Origin: Armatimonadota bacterium
GTDB lineage: Bacteria > Armatimonadota > SYMT01
Length of the DNA stretch: 64,000 nt
NCBI GenBank assembly: GCA_041690135.1
Contig: JAWLHY010000004.1
Coordinates: 384,001-448,000, forward strand
Direction of reading: 5' to 3'
Shown here: one piece after another, positions 9,789-19,112 of the stretch
Numbering within the stretch: position 1 is the stretch's first letter
Layout of the letters: each line of letters starts with the position of its first letter
Program-made: the position numbers and the translations under genes
The notes under the pieces: model-generated
What the model saw: only the letters and a program-made list of their open reading frames with translations
The model's database searches: none
What the model was told of the DNA's origin: nothing

Positions 9789-10996
9789 TCCCCACTCGCC
9801 TGATGCCGGCGCTGGTGCTGAGCGCCGCACTCGCGGCCTTTGCGGGGTCCAATTTCTTCCGGGCCGCTCCCGCCGCGCCGCCCGCTCTGATTGGGGTCAC
9901 CGCCGAAGGCGATGGCTCCGTGATCCTGCTGGATGCCGGCACCCTCCAGCCGGTCCGCACGGTGAAGCCGCCCGCCGGCGCACCGCCGCCCGCCGCGCCG
10001 ATGCACGTGGTAGAGGATGCTGCTCGCCGCTGCTTCTACATGGGCAACTTCGCGGGTGGCATGGCCCGGGTGCCGATGGACGGAGGCGAGCCGGCCGTGC
10101 TGGACGTGGGAGGCGCGGTGATCGGGATGGCACTTTCGCCGGACAGGACGACGCTGGCCGTGAACGGCGCCACGGACCTGACCCTGCGCTTGGTAGACCT
10201 GCAAACTTTCCGCGTCCGCAGCCGCACGAAGCTCGGTAACCCGCACGACGAGCCGCTCCACTCTCATCTGACGCATGGGCTGGCCTCCACCCACCCGTAC
10301 TGGCTGCCGGACGGCTCCGCGGTCGTTACGAACGATAACCTCCACGAGGTCCTGCTGCTGGTAGGGATGGATGGTAAGGTCCGGGCACGGCAGCGGATGC
10401 GTTCCGGAGTTCATTCGGTCCTGTTCACCCCCACGGGCGAAGCGCTGGCCCTGGCGGAGGGCACCGTAGACGGCACCGTCCCGCCCGCCGTCGTGGTGCT
10501 CGACCCCAAAACGCTGCGGGTGATCCGGGAAGTGGAGATACCGCTCGGCCCCGGCGAACCGGCCAAGCTGCACCACGGGGCCCTCACCCCGGAGGGTGGG
10601 ACCGTCATCGTCGCCAATATGGGCCCCCTGCACGGGTCGCGACCGGGAACCACGGTCGCGGCGCTGGACTGGCGGACGGGCCGGGTGCGGTGGCGGGCCG
10701 ACACGGTGCGCGGTGCGGGGCATGTCCGGGTGGTGGAAGGGGGACGCCGCCTCGCCGTGCTGGGGCATCGCTCCGCCGATATCGTCCTGCTCGAGACTGC
10801 TTCCGGAAAACAGACGGGCACGTGGAAGCTGGGGGAGGTAAAAACGACCGGGCATTCGCTGGCCGCACGGCCGGACGGCACCCTGCTGGTGCTCGCCAGC
10901 GATACGGGGCGCCTGCTTCAGGTCGGTCCCGCTGGCATGGTCCGCCGATCCCCCCCGCTCGGAACCGGTGTAACCGAAGCCTCGCTCCCCGAATGA
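9785..10996 (+). CDS. Secreted His-rich YncE-like beta-propeller protein
   Basis: ATGA overlap with the merR stop; signal peptide; repeated blades (LSPDRTTL, LPDGSAV, FTPTGEAL, LTPEGGTV). Confidence 0.8.
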   Translation: MIPTRLMPALVLSAALAAFAGSNFFRAAPAAPPALIGVTAEGDGSVILLDAGTLQPVRTVKPPAGAPPPAAPMHVVEDAARRCFYMGNFAGGMARVPMDGGEPAVLDVGGAVIGMALSPDRTTLAVNGATDLTLRLVDLQTFRVRSRTKLGNPHDEPLHSHLTHGLASTHPYWLPDGSAVVTNDNLHEVLLLVGMDGKVRARQRMRSGVHSVLFTPTGEALALAEGTVDGTVPPAVVVLDPKTLRVIREVEIPLGPGEPAKLHHGALTPEGGTVIVANMGPLHGSRPGTTVAALDWRTGRVRWRADTVRGAGHVRVVEGGRRLAVLGHRSADIVLLETASGKQTGTWKLGEVKTTGHSLAARPDGTLLVLASDTGRLLQVGPAGMVRRSPPLGTGVTEASLPE

Positions 10997-11020
10997 GCCG
11001 GCCGCACCGCGGCATCCGAA

Positions 11021-12325
11021 TCAGGTCGTGCCGCCTGGAGCGGTGGTGTCCGTCATCAGGGGGATTTCACGCTCTTCGCGGCTCATCTGCCGGAGCCGGG
11101 TGCCCTCCGGCAGGCCGTGTTCCTGAAGTACGGCCCGGATCAGGTGGATCGCTGCCTCGGCGTCATCCACAGCCTGGCAGTGGATGATGAAGGCCTCTTC
11201 CGTCAGGGTGCGGCGGTTGGGAGCATAGGCGGCGTTCCTCCCGACGATTTCCGCGCGGCCGGAAAGCTCCTGCCGTACTTTACGGTCCAGGTCGGCGACC
11301 AGGGCCAGGAGCGTGCGGTCCGGAACTTCCCGGGGACGCACGGGGAAGCCGGGGTAGGTGATCTCGAACCGGTGAATCACGCGCGGCCGGCGACGCTTGC
11401 GCCCGCAGTGTTTGCGGATGAGGGTCCCCGGCGCTTCTCCCAGCAGCAATTCCAGGAGCCAGTAGGCCGCGACGGGCCCGGCCTTCCGGCGCAGCCCTAC
11501 CAGGATGGCGGAGTGGTTACAGCCCGCCTCTTCCAGCGCCCGCGCCAGATCCGGTAGCCGCGCCAGGTCACCCCTGTCCGCGATGGTTCGCGCCAGTTCT
11601 CCGGCCCTTCCCCCGTGTGCCTCCAACCAGGCGGGATCGGCGGCGTGGCGATATGCCTCCTGTAGCCGGGCCATCTGTTCGTTCCAGAGCTGGAACGGAA
11701 GGTGCGGGTAAGCTCCGTTGCGCCGCGTGTAGAGAACGTGATCGCCGGCCTCCGGCGCCGCCTCGTCCTGCTCCAGGACCCATCCGCACGCGGGGTCCTG
11801 CCGCCAGGTGAACCCCGCCTCCCGGCGGTCGTATCGATCGACCCGCTCCTGCAGCGCCTTTCCGCGGAAGACACCCAGGGACCGGTAAGCGGCCTCCAGC
11901 AGGGCCGGGACCACTGCCTCATCGTCGCCGCGGCAGAGAGGCGTGAACCGGTGCAACAGCGCGACCAGCACTCCCGGGTGGGTCAGTTCGGGATGGGAGA
12001 GCGCCGCCCACCGTCCCAGCAAGTCCAGCTCTTCCCAACGCAGCACGTGAGGGTGCCAGTGGGCCTGGTCGTCCCATCCGAGCTCCACCGGCTCCGGCAG
12101 GGAAGGGTGCCGCAGACTGAGCGAGAAATAGGCCAACAGTTCGTCCAGATCCAGGACCAGGGCGGCTTCATCCCCAAGAGGGACGACCACCTCGCACCCT
12201 TCCAACTCCGGGTATTCGTGGTCGTCGCGGTCCCAAAAGAAGCGCAGCCAGAAATCTCGCCGCTGCAGCAGCGGAATGAGCACCGGCGGCAGGACCACCC
12301 CATCCCCATTCCCGTCCAAGCTCAT
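11021..12325 (-). CDS. Hypothetical protein, possibly with an Imm19-like immunity N-terminal domain
   Basis: LGWDDQAHWHPHVLRWEEL...YTRRN...PF; central DPAWL...LARALEEAGC motif. Confidence 0.65.
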   Translation of the reverse strand: MSLDGNGDGVVLPPVLIPLLQRRDFWLRFFWDRDDHEYPELEGCEVVVPLGDEAALVLDLDELLAYFSLSLRHPSLPEPVELGWDDQAHWHPHVLRWEELDLLGRWAALSHPELTHPGVLVALLHRFTPLCRGDDEAVVPALLEAAYRSLGVFRGKALQERVDRYDRREAGFTWRQDPACGWVLEQDEAAPEAGDHVLYTRRNGAYPHLPFQLWNEQMARLQEAYRHAADPAWLEAHGGRAGELARTIADRGDLARLPDLARALEEAGCNHSAILVGLRRKAGPVAAYWLLELLLGEAPGTLIRKHCGRKRRRPRVIHRFEITYPGFPVRPREVPDRTLLALVADLDRKVRQELSGRAEIVGRNAAYAPNRRTLTEEAFIIHCQAVDDAEAAIHLIRAVLQEHGLPEGTRLRQMSREEREIPLMTDTTAPGGTT

Positions 12326-12390
12326 CCTTCTGCCCTCAGGAACCTCGCCCTCCTTATCCTAATCACAATCCTCATCGGCCGCGGGCTCCA

Positions 12391-12474
12391 TCAACCTTCA
12401 ACCTTCAACCTCCAACCTTCAACCCTTGGCTCCCGAGGGGGGCTTCAACCTTCAACCTTCAACCTTCAACCTTC
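12391..12474. repeat. TTCAACC heptamer tandem array, interrupted
   Basis: tcaaccttcaaccttcaacctccaaccttcaacc...ttcaaccttcaaccttcaaccttcaacc; supplies the kinase stop codon. Confidence 0.85.
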
Positions 12475-14450
12475 CGAAGGGGTAGTCGCACCACGAATTC
12501 ACTGCCGCATCCCGGACCGGCGCTGTGGGCCTCTACCTGGCCGCCATGCATTTCCACCAGTTGTTTTACCAGCGTCAGACCAAGTCCCAGGCCGCCCTCC
12601 GCCCGGTCAATCGAAGGGTTCGCCTGCGTAAACAGGTCGAAGATGTACGGCAGCATCTCGGCGGGGATGCCCTTCCCGGTGTCGCGTACCCGGATCACCG
12701 CCGCACCGCCCACCCGCTCCGCCATCAGCGCGATCCGCCCGCCTTCGGGGGTGAACTTGGCCGCATTCGTAAGGAGGTTCGTTACGACCTGCGTCAGTCG
12801 ATGGAGGTCTCCCTCCAGATGTACCGTCTCCGGAGGAACGGTAACGGTAAGCTCCTGCTCGCGCCGGTCGATCAGGGGTCGGGCCATCTGGACGGCTCCG
12901 GTGAGGACCTGTGCGAGCGTTACCGTCTCCAGGCGCAGTTCGACCATCCCGCGGGTGATCCGCGCCACGTCGAGCAGATCATTGACGAGATGGCGCAGAT
13001 GGTCAACCTGTCGCCCGATGATCTCGCGGGCGCGCTCGACCACGGCGGCATCGTCGCCCCGTAGCCGGAGCAACTCCACTGCGGTCACAATGGGTGCGAG
13101 CGGATTGCGCAACTCGTGTGCCAGCGTAGCCAGGAACTCATCTTTCCGCCGGGCTGCTTCCCGGACCGCATCCTCTGCCTGCTTCCGCTGGGTGATGTCG
13201 TTAAAGAGCACGGCCACTTTCCGCTCGTGGGGCTCGCCGGTCCGGAAGGCATACACGTCGAACCATCGGCCCATGGACTTCGCATGATCCACGAAGCGCG
13301 TCGGCTCGCCGGTCAGGGCTACCCGGCCATAGGCTTCCAGCCAGAACGGCTCAATGTCCGGCACCAGTTCGCGGATGCTTCTCCCGAGGGCCTCCTTCAT
13401 CCCGGTCTGCTGCTCGAAGGCCGGATTGATCTCGATATAGCGGAAGTCGACCGGCCGCTCCTCCGCGTCGAAGATCAGCCGCACGATGCAGAAGCCCTCA
13501 TCCATGGAGGCAAACAGGGTGCGGTACTTCTCCTCGCTTTCACGCAAGGCCGCCTCGGTCAATTTACGGTCGTGGATATCGGTGGAGGACCCGAACCAGC
13601 GGAGAATCTCACCGGTCTGCGGATCCCGCTGGGGCTCCGCGCGGACCAGAAACCAGCGATAGGTTCCCTCCGCCGAACGAATGCGGTGTTCGATCTCGAA
13701 CGTACAGCCGGTGCGTTGCGCCGCGGCGAATGCCTCCATGGTTGCGGCGGCATCCTCCGGATGGACGAAGGAAGCGGCGATTCCCGCCGCGGTACTGGGT
13801 TCGAAGGGCACCCCGGTGTAGAGCGTCCACTGTTTATTGAAGAACTCGCTCCGCCCCTCCGCGTCGGTGATCCAGACGATCTGCGGGACAACGTCCGCCA
13901 TGAGCCGGAAGCGCTCCTCGCTCTCGCGCAGGGCCTCCGCCGTCCGGCGTGCCTCACTCTCGCGGAGGTCCGACGCGATCCGCAGCGCCTCGCTTTCGCG
14001 GAGGGCTGCCTCCGCCCGCTCCCGCTCCCGCACGTGCTCGGTGACGTCGGTCCCGTGGCCGAGAACACGCGCGCAGGTGCCGTCCGGCTCAAACAGCGGC
14101 AGGTACACAAGATCGATGAGCCGCTCTTCCGGCGGGGAGCCGGGCGTGCGGGCCAGCATCACTGGCAACTCCCGCCCGAAGAAAGGTTCCCGCGTCTCCA
14201 TCACGCGGGCAATGCGCTCCGGGTATCCCCCCGCCGCGGCTTCCGGTAAGGCCTCGAACGCCGGCTGCCCCAGCAGATCCCGACGGCCGACGAGTTGGAA
14301 GAACGCCTCATTGGCGAACTCGATAACGCACTCCGGTCCGCGCACCACGACCAGGAATGTCGGCGCCGTGCGGAAAACCTCCTCCAGCACCGCCTTCCGC
14401 TCTGCCGATTGGCTGACCTGATCCGACAAGCACTCTTTCGGCATATTCAT
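12459..14450 (-). CDS. PAS/PAC sensor histidine kinase
   Basis: Three PAS domains; H-box FLATLAHELRNPL; N-box NLLTNAAKFT; G-boxes DTGKGI and GLGLGL. Confidence 0.95.
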   Translation of the reverse strand: MNMPKECLSDQVSQSAERKAVLEEVFRTAPTFLVVVRGPECVIEFANEAFFQLVGRRDLLGQPAFEALPEAAAGGYPERIARVMETREPFFGRELPVMLARTPGSPPEERLIDLVYLPLFEPDGTCARVLGHGTDVTEHVRERERAEAALRESEALRIASDLRESEARRTAEALRESEERFRLMADVVPQIVWITDAEGRSEFFNKQWTLYTGVPFEPSTAAGIAASFVHPEDAAATMEAFAAAQRTGCTFEIEHRIRSAEGTYRWFLVRAEPQRDPQTGEILRWFGSSTDIHDRKLTEAALRESEEKYRTLFASMDEGFCIVRLIFDAEERPVDFRYIEINPAFEQQTGMKEALGRSIRELVPDIEPFWLEAYGRVALTGEPTRFVDHAKSMGRWFDVYAFRTGEPHERKVAVLFNDITQRKQAEDAVREAARRKDEFLATLAHELRNPLAPIVTAVELLRLRGDDAAVVERAREIIGRQVDHLRHLVNDLLDVARITRGMVELRLETVTLAQVLTGAVQMARPLIDRREQELTVTVPPETVHLEGDLHRLTQVVTNLLTNAAKFTPEGGRIALMAERVGGAAVIRVRDTGKGIPAEMLPYIFDLFTQANPSIDRAEGGLGLGLTLVKQLVEMHGGQVEAHSAGPGCGSEFVVRLPLRKVEG

Positions 14451-14800
14451 GATCGTGTCCCCGCCCCAGGACCCCAGTAAGTCCCCTCCGGGCAAGCGGG
14501 GACAGTCCACCTTCCACCGCAATACTCCAGGTCCGCAGAGGTATCCACCTCACCGTCGTGGCGCGGGCGTCCCGCCCGCGACGATACCCGTCCTGTATCC
14601 CAGGTAAACGGGAATGGTTCGCCCGGCCGCCAGGAAAGACGTACCCGGCGTGGAAGGCTTCCCACGCCCACTTTGCGCCGCGGCAAGAGTGGCTCCGGGT
14701 GAACGAGAGAGCATTCGTTGCCCGCTCCTGTAAGGGTATGGTCAGGGCGTACACCCGACGAAGTACACCCGGCGAAGCACGGGGCGCTGAGCTGCCTCCC

Positions 14801-14872
14801 ACCAGGATAATGCCCCCGCACTCGGAATGCACCACGGTAGGCCCTGGCCACGTACCCGTCGTGCCGCGTGGG
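14801..14872 (+). repeat. Dispersed intergenic element module (family A)
   Basis: accaggataatgcccccgcactcggaatgcaccacggtaggccctggcc...acccgtcgtgccgcgtggg resembles 40220-40291. Confidence 0.65.
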
Positions 14873-14918
14873 ACGTGAATCCACTCGCTTCTTACCAGGT
14901 GCAACCTTATTTTCCAAG

Positions 14919-15078
14919 CTACTTCGCTCGCCGCCGGACCGCATAACCGTACTGGATCGGCCACGACGGCTCCTCTTCCAATTCGTGCTGCGCCTTGAGC
15001 GGCCAGTAGGGCTCCCGCAGCAACTCTCGCCCCAGCAGGACCAGGTCGGCGTCGCCCGCCGTGATGATCTCATTCGCC
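14919..15078 (-). pseudogene. C-terminal remnant of an NADH:flavin oxidoreductase (Old Yellow Enzyme, YqjM/NamA-like)
   Basis: Minus strand reads ANEIITAGDADLVLLGRELLREPYWPLKAQHELEEEPSWPIQYGYAVRRRAK*; no 5' portion is present. Confidence 0.85.
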
Positions 15079-16311
15079 TCCAGTATCGGCTTTGTCCCTT
15101 AGGGAGGCGCTATCGATCACGAAGCGGTACTTCACGTCACTCCTCGCCAGCCGTCCGTAAGCTTCGTTGATCTGCTGAATCGGGATCAACTCGATGTCGG
15201 ACGTGATTCCGTGCTCGGCACAGAAGTCGAGCATCTCCTGGGTCTCCGCGATACCGCCGATCATCGATCCGGCGAGGCGACGCCGCTTGAAGATCAGGTT
15301 GGCCACGCTCGGAGAGGGGTGCGGATGTTCCGGCAGGCCCACCAGGCAGAGGGTGCCATCCCGCTTCAGCAGTGCCGTGTAGGCATCCAGGTCGTGGGGA
15401 GCCGCCACCGTATTGAGAATGAAGTCGAAGCTGTTCGTATGGGCTTCCATCTCTTCCGGATTCCGGGAGACGACCACCTCATCAGCCCCCAACCGCCGAC
15501 CGTCTTCCACCTTGCCGGGGCTGGTGGTGAACAGCACCGTGTGCGCGCCGAAGGCGTGGGCGAACTTCACGCCCATGTGGCCCAGGCCTCCCAGCCCGAC
15601 GATCCCCACCTTCTGCCCCGGACCGACCTGCCAGTGGCGGAGCGGCGAATAGGTGGTAATGCCCGCGCAAAGCAGCGGCGCCGCGGCGGCGAGGTCCAGC
15701 GTCTCGGATACCCGCAGGACAAAATGCTCGTCCACCACGATCCGGTCCGAATAGCCGCCGTACGTCACCCCACCCGTCTGCCGCTCCGGGCTGTTGTAGG
15801 TAAGGATCACTTCGCGGTCGCAGTACTGCTCGAACCCGTCGCGGCAGTTGGCGCAGGTGCGGCAGGAGTCCACCATGCAGCCGACCCCGGCCAGGTCGCC
15901 CTCGCGGAAACGCCGGACGCTGCTCCCCACCCGGCGCACCCGGCCCACGATCTCGTGTCCGGGCACCACCGGGTAGACCGTACCCGCCCATTCGCCCCGC
16001 ACCGTGTGGAGGTCCGAATGACACACCCCGCAGTAGAGGATCTCGATTTCCACGTCGTGCGCGTCCACCTCGCGGCGCTGGAACTCGAACCCAACGAGCG
16101 GCGAAGTGGGGCTGTGTGCGGCGTAACCGGTGGCGCGGTTCGTACTATCTTCCCGGAGAGCGCCGTCTGCTGCTTCCTCCGCGAGATGGGTGTCTCCCCG
16201 GAGGAGAGTGATGGTGTCGCTATCGCCCGCTCCCGGCTCGGCGCCGTAGTCATCCGCCTCGGTTGTGGCCGGGCCCGCCAACTCCTGATCCACGGAACTC
16301 TTCGGATGCAT
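15070..16311 (-). CDS. Zn-dependent NAD(P) alcohol dehydrogenase (cinnamyl-ADH/YahK-like)
   Basis: CGVCHSD, GHEIVG, CxxCxxC structural Zn site, LLCAGITTYSPL, GLGGLG. Confidence 0.95.
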   Translation of the reverse strand: MHPKSSVDQELAGPATTEADDYGAEPGAGDSDTITLLRGDTHLAEEAADGALREDSTNRATGYAAHSPTSPLVGFEFQRREVDAHDVEIEILYCGVCHSDLHTVRGEWAGTVYPVVPGHEIVGRVRRVGSSVRRFREGDLAGVGCMVDSCRTCANCRDGFEQYCDREVILTYNSPERQTGGVTYGGYSDRIVVDEHFVLRVSETLDLAAAAPLLCAGITTYSPLRHWQVGPGQKVGIVGLGGLGHMGVKFAHAFGAHTVLFTTSPGKVEDGRRLGADEVVVSRNPEEMEAHTNSFDFILNTVAAPHDLDAYTALLKRDGTLCLVGLPEHPHPSPSVANLIFKRRRLAGSMIGGIAETQEMLDFCAEHGITSDIELIPIQQINEAYGRLARSDVKYRFVIDSASLRDKADTGGE

Positions 16312-16803
16312 TGCCCCTCTCCTGATCGACCCTGGGTTCACCGGGCCAGGTCGGCCCTATGCGGGTTCCCCAAGTCGGGACGGTTTTAACCGTCTGCCAC
16401 TGGTGCCAGGGATAGCTGTGCCCCGCTGCGGAGAGCCTGCCAGGTTCGGCAAAATCCGCAGAGAGATAGTTTCTATGTGCTTCGGCAGGAGTCACAGACT
16501 GGTAGGCCGGGACATTCGCCTCCCTCTCCCGGCAGTGATCCAGGTTCTACGGTTCGACGCAAGCGGCGGCTTTCTCGGCCACCGCCAGAGGCGGCAGGCG
16601 GTCGATCACCGGGGCTCCGCAGACGGCGTATGAGCGCGCAGGAGCATGACACTGCTGTGATTCACATTCCGCAATACGCCCTGATGTGACCGCTTCCGCA
16701 TTCCTTTAGCAAACATTTCGCAACATACCAGAACTGCGAATCTCCTTCAGTCACAGTTGCCGTGGACGATCGGGTACTGCGGCTGAATTTAGGAGTGACC
16801 TGG

Positions 16804-17571
16804 ATGCGAAGACGCGCCTTCACCCTGATCGAACTGCTCGTCGTGATTGCCATCATAGCCATACTTGCGGCTATCCTCTTCCCCGTGTTCGCCCGCGCTC
16901 GAGATGCGGCGCGGAAGACCACCTGTACTTCCAACCTCAAGCAAATAGGCACCGCCATCCTGATGTACGCACAGGACTATGACGAGTGCCTGGTGCCTTC
17001 CGCGATCGGCGCATGCGCAACACCCGATTCCTACAGTTGGGGAGACCTGATCCAGCCCTACGCAAGGAATACCGGACTGCTCTGGTGCCCTTCCAATTCC
17101 ATCAAGGTCCGCGTGAACACCTCGCTCAACCCACCACGCATCGTGCGAGACCGGGGGGGCAGCGGCGCACCCGCCCGCGACGACTGCACCGGTGGAGGCA
17201 ACAACACCGGCCAGTGGAACTACAGCTACGGCGTGAATGGGTTTACGGCGCCCGGTCTTCCCGTCGCTGACCGCGGCCCCTGGAATGTGGTCGGCAACTC
17301 ACTGGCGATTATCAAGGCGCCTGCTGAGACGGCTGGGATCGCCGAGGGGCGCGGCGCCTCCCCATGGGCTCTCGGTGGCGGGAGTGGCGCGTATCATTAC
17401 CCCTCCGTGGACGGCCAGGTGGATGTCCGGCGCCACTCCGGCAGCAACGCCGCGGGCCAGACCAACGCAGGCGTCGTCGTGATGTACATGGACGGCCACG
17501 CCAAGTTCACGAACCTCGCGCGATCGGTGGCCCGTCCCGGCAATATCTGGACCATGCGCGATACTGACTGA
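16804..17571 (+). CDS. Prepilin-type N-methylation / DUF1559-like protein with C-terminal DGH motif
   Basis: [31 protein letters not shown]...CTSNLKQIG...MYAQDYDE...YMDGHAK. Confidence 0.95.
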   Translation: MRRRAFTLIELLVVIAIIAILAAILFPVFARARDAARKTTCTSNLKQIGTAILMYAQDYDECLVPSAIGACATPDSYSWGDLIQPYARNTGLLWCPSNSIKVRVNTSLNPPRIVRDRGGSGAPARDDCTGGGNNTGQWNYSYGVNGFTAPGLPVADRGPWNVVGNSLAIIKAPAETAGIAEGRGASPWALGGGSGAYHYPSVDGQVDVRRHSGSNAAGQTNAGVVVMYMDGHAKFTNLARSVARPGNIWTMRDTD

Positions 17572-17623
17572 ATTCCGCGCCCGCCGGGAAGCAGACGACT
17601 CTTCCCGGCGGGCGATACTGCCG

Positions 17624-17667
17624 ACAAAAGTTCCGGGGACCGCACCGCGGTCCCCGGAACTTTTTGT
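17624..17667. terminator. Bidirectional intrinsic terminator
   Basis: acaaaagttccggggaccgc-acc-gcggtccccggaactttttgt; a second hairpin precedes it at about 17578-17614. Confidence 0.8.
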
Positions 17668-17788
17668 GGGCCCGCAACTCTCTAAATCCTCTAAGGGTTG
17701 CGGAAGGAGTCACAGGCGCGCCCGTAAAACTCTAAAGCGTTGCTCTGTTCAATCAAGCCGGCGCATGCCGGATACGGAGATTCATACC

Positions 17789-18553
17789 GTGAGACGTCGT
17801 GGTTTCACCCTTATCGAACTGCTCGTTGTGATCGCGATCATAGCCATCCTGGCCGCCATCCTCTTCCCGGTCTTCGCGCGCGCCCGCGACGCCGCCCGGA
17901 AGACGACCTGCACCTCCAATCTCAAACAGTTGGGGACCGCCATCCTGATGTATGCCCAGGACTACGACGAATGCCTGGTACCGGTTGCGGTCGGCACATG
18001 CCAGCAGCCGGACAACTATACCTGGGGCGACCTGATTCAGCCCTATGCGAAGAATACCGGCCTGCTCTGGTGCCCTTCCAACAGCGCCAAGATCCGCGTC
18101 CATACCGCTACCAACCCGCCAAAGATCGTGCGAGACCGCGGCGGCAACACCGGAGCTTCCGACGATTGTTCCGGCGGCGGCTTCAACACCAGCCAGTGGA
18201 ACTACAGCTACGGAGTGAACGCCTTTGGCGGGCCGGCCAATGCGATTGACGGCGGCCCCTGGCGGACCCCTTCCGCTTCCCTGGCCAGCCTCAGGGAGCC
18301 GGCGAACCTGGCCGGCGTGGCGGAAGGCCGCGGCGCCTCCCCCTGGTCCCTGGCCGGCGGTACCGGTCAGGCCTACAGCTACTCGGACGTGGACGGCCAG
18401 GTCGACGTGCGGCGCCACTCCGGCAGCAACGCCGGCCTGCAGCGCAACGCCGGGGTAACGATCATGTACATGGACGGGCATGCCAAGTTCACCAACCTGG
18501 CCCGGTCATGCGCCTCTCCCGGCAACATCTGGACCAACCTGGAAACCGACTAA
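17789..18553 (+). CDS. Prepilin-type / DUF1559-like protein, close tandem paralogue of 16804..17571
   Basis: GTG start after GGAG; [14 protein letters not shown]; shares AEGRGASPW and [14 protein letters not shown]. Confidence 0.95.
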   Translation: MRRRGFTLIELLVVIAIIAILAAILFPVFARARDAARKTTCTSNLKQLGTAILMYAQDYDECLVPVAVGTCQQPDNYTWGDLIQPYAKNTGLLWCPSNSAKIRVHTATNPPKIVRDRGGNTGASDDCSGGGFNTSQWNYSYGVNAFGGPANAIDGGPWRTPSASLASLREPANLAGVAEGRGASPWSLAGGTGQAYSYSDVDGQVDVRRHSGSNAGLQRNAGVTIMYMDGHAKFTNLARSCASPGNIWTNLETD

Positions 18554-18606
18554 GCGGCAACCTGCCGAAAGCTTTGCGGCATCGCGGTGCTTCCATTCAG
18601 CTAGCG

Positions 18607-18651
18607 AAGACCTCCGGAGTTCACCCAAAGGGTGCGGCCCCGGAGGTTTTT
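18607..18651 (+). terminator. Probable intrinsic terminator
   Basis: agacctccgg...ccggaggttttt. Confidence 0.55.
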
Positions 18652-18707
18652 GCGGGTCTACCGGACAAGAGGAATCCGGTCGATCCTCTCGTTGGAATGA
18701 GTGTGAC

Positions 18708-19085
18708 GTGTCAGCTTCGAACGCAGTTGGTCCGCGCCTGACGTTGATCGTCTTGAAGACCCACCGGCTCGCAGATCTCCGGCACTTCTACGAGTGTCTC
18801 GGCCTGCGGTTCATGGAGGAAAGGCACGGGTCCGGCCCGGAGCACCTGTCGGCCTCCGCGGGGGAGATGCTGCTGGAGCTCTATCCGCTCCCAGCGGGCA
18901 CCGGGGAGGCGGACAGCACCACCCGCCTCGGCTTCACCGTCGGCAACATGACGGAGGTGGTCGAAACCCTCCGCCGGCATGGCTCGCCCGTGATCGCGGA
19001 ACCCCGTCCTGGTGAGTGGGGGTTCCGCGCCGTGGTCCGCGACCCCGACGGCCGCTCCGTCGAACTCTACCAAACCAGCTCCTAA
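18708..19085 (+). CDS. VOC/glyoxalase family protein
   Basis: FYECLGLRF..ERHGSGPEH...WGFRAVVRDPDGRSVEL. Confidence 0.88.
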   Translation: MSASNAVGPRLTLIVLKTHRLADLRHFYECLGLRFMEERHGSGPEHLSASAGEMLLELYPLPAGTGEADSTTRLGFTVGNMTEVVETLRRHGSPVIAEPRPGEWGFRAVVRDPDGRSVELYQTSS

Positions 19086-19112
19086 ACGTGCCCCCGAACG
19101 AGGAATTCACCC

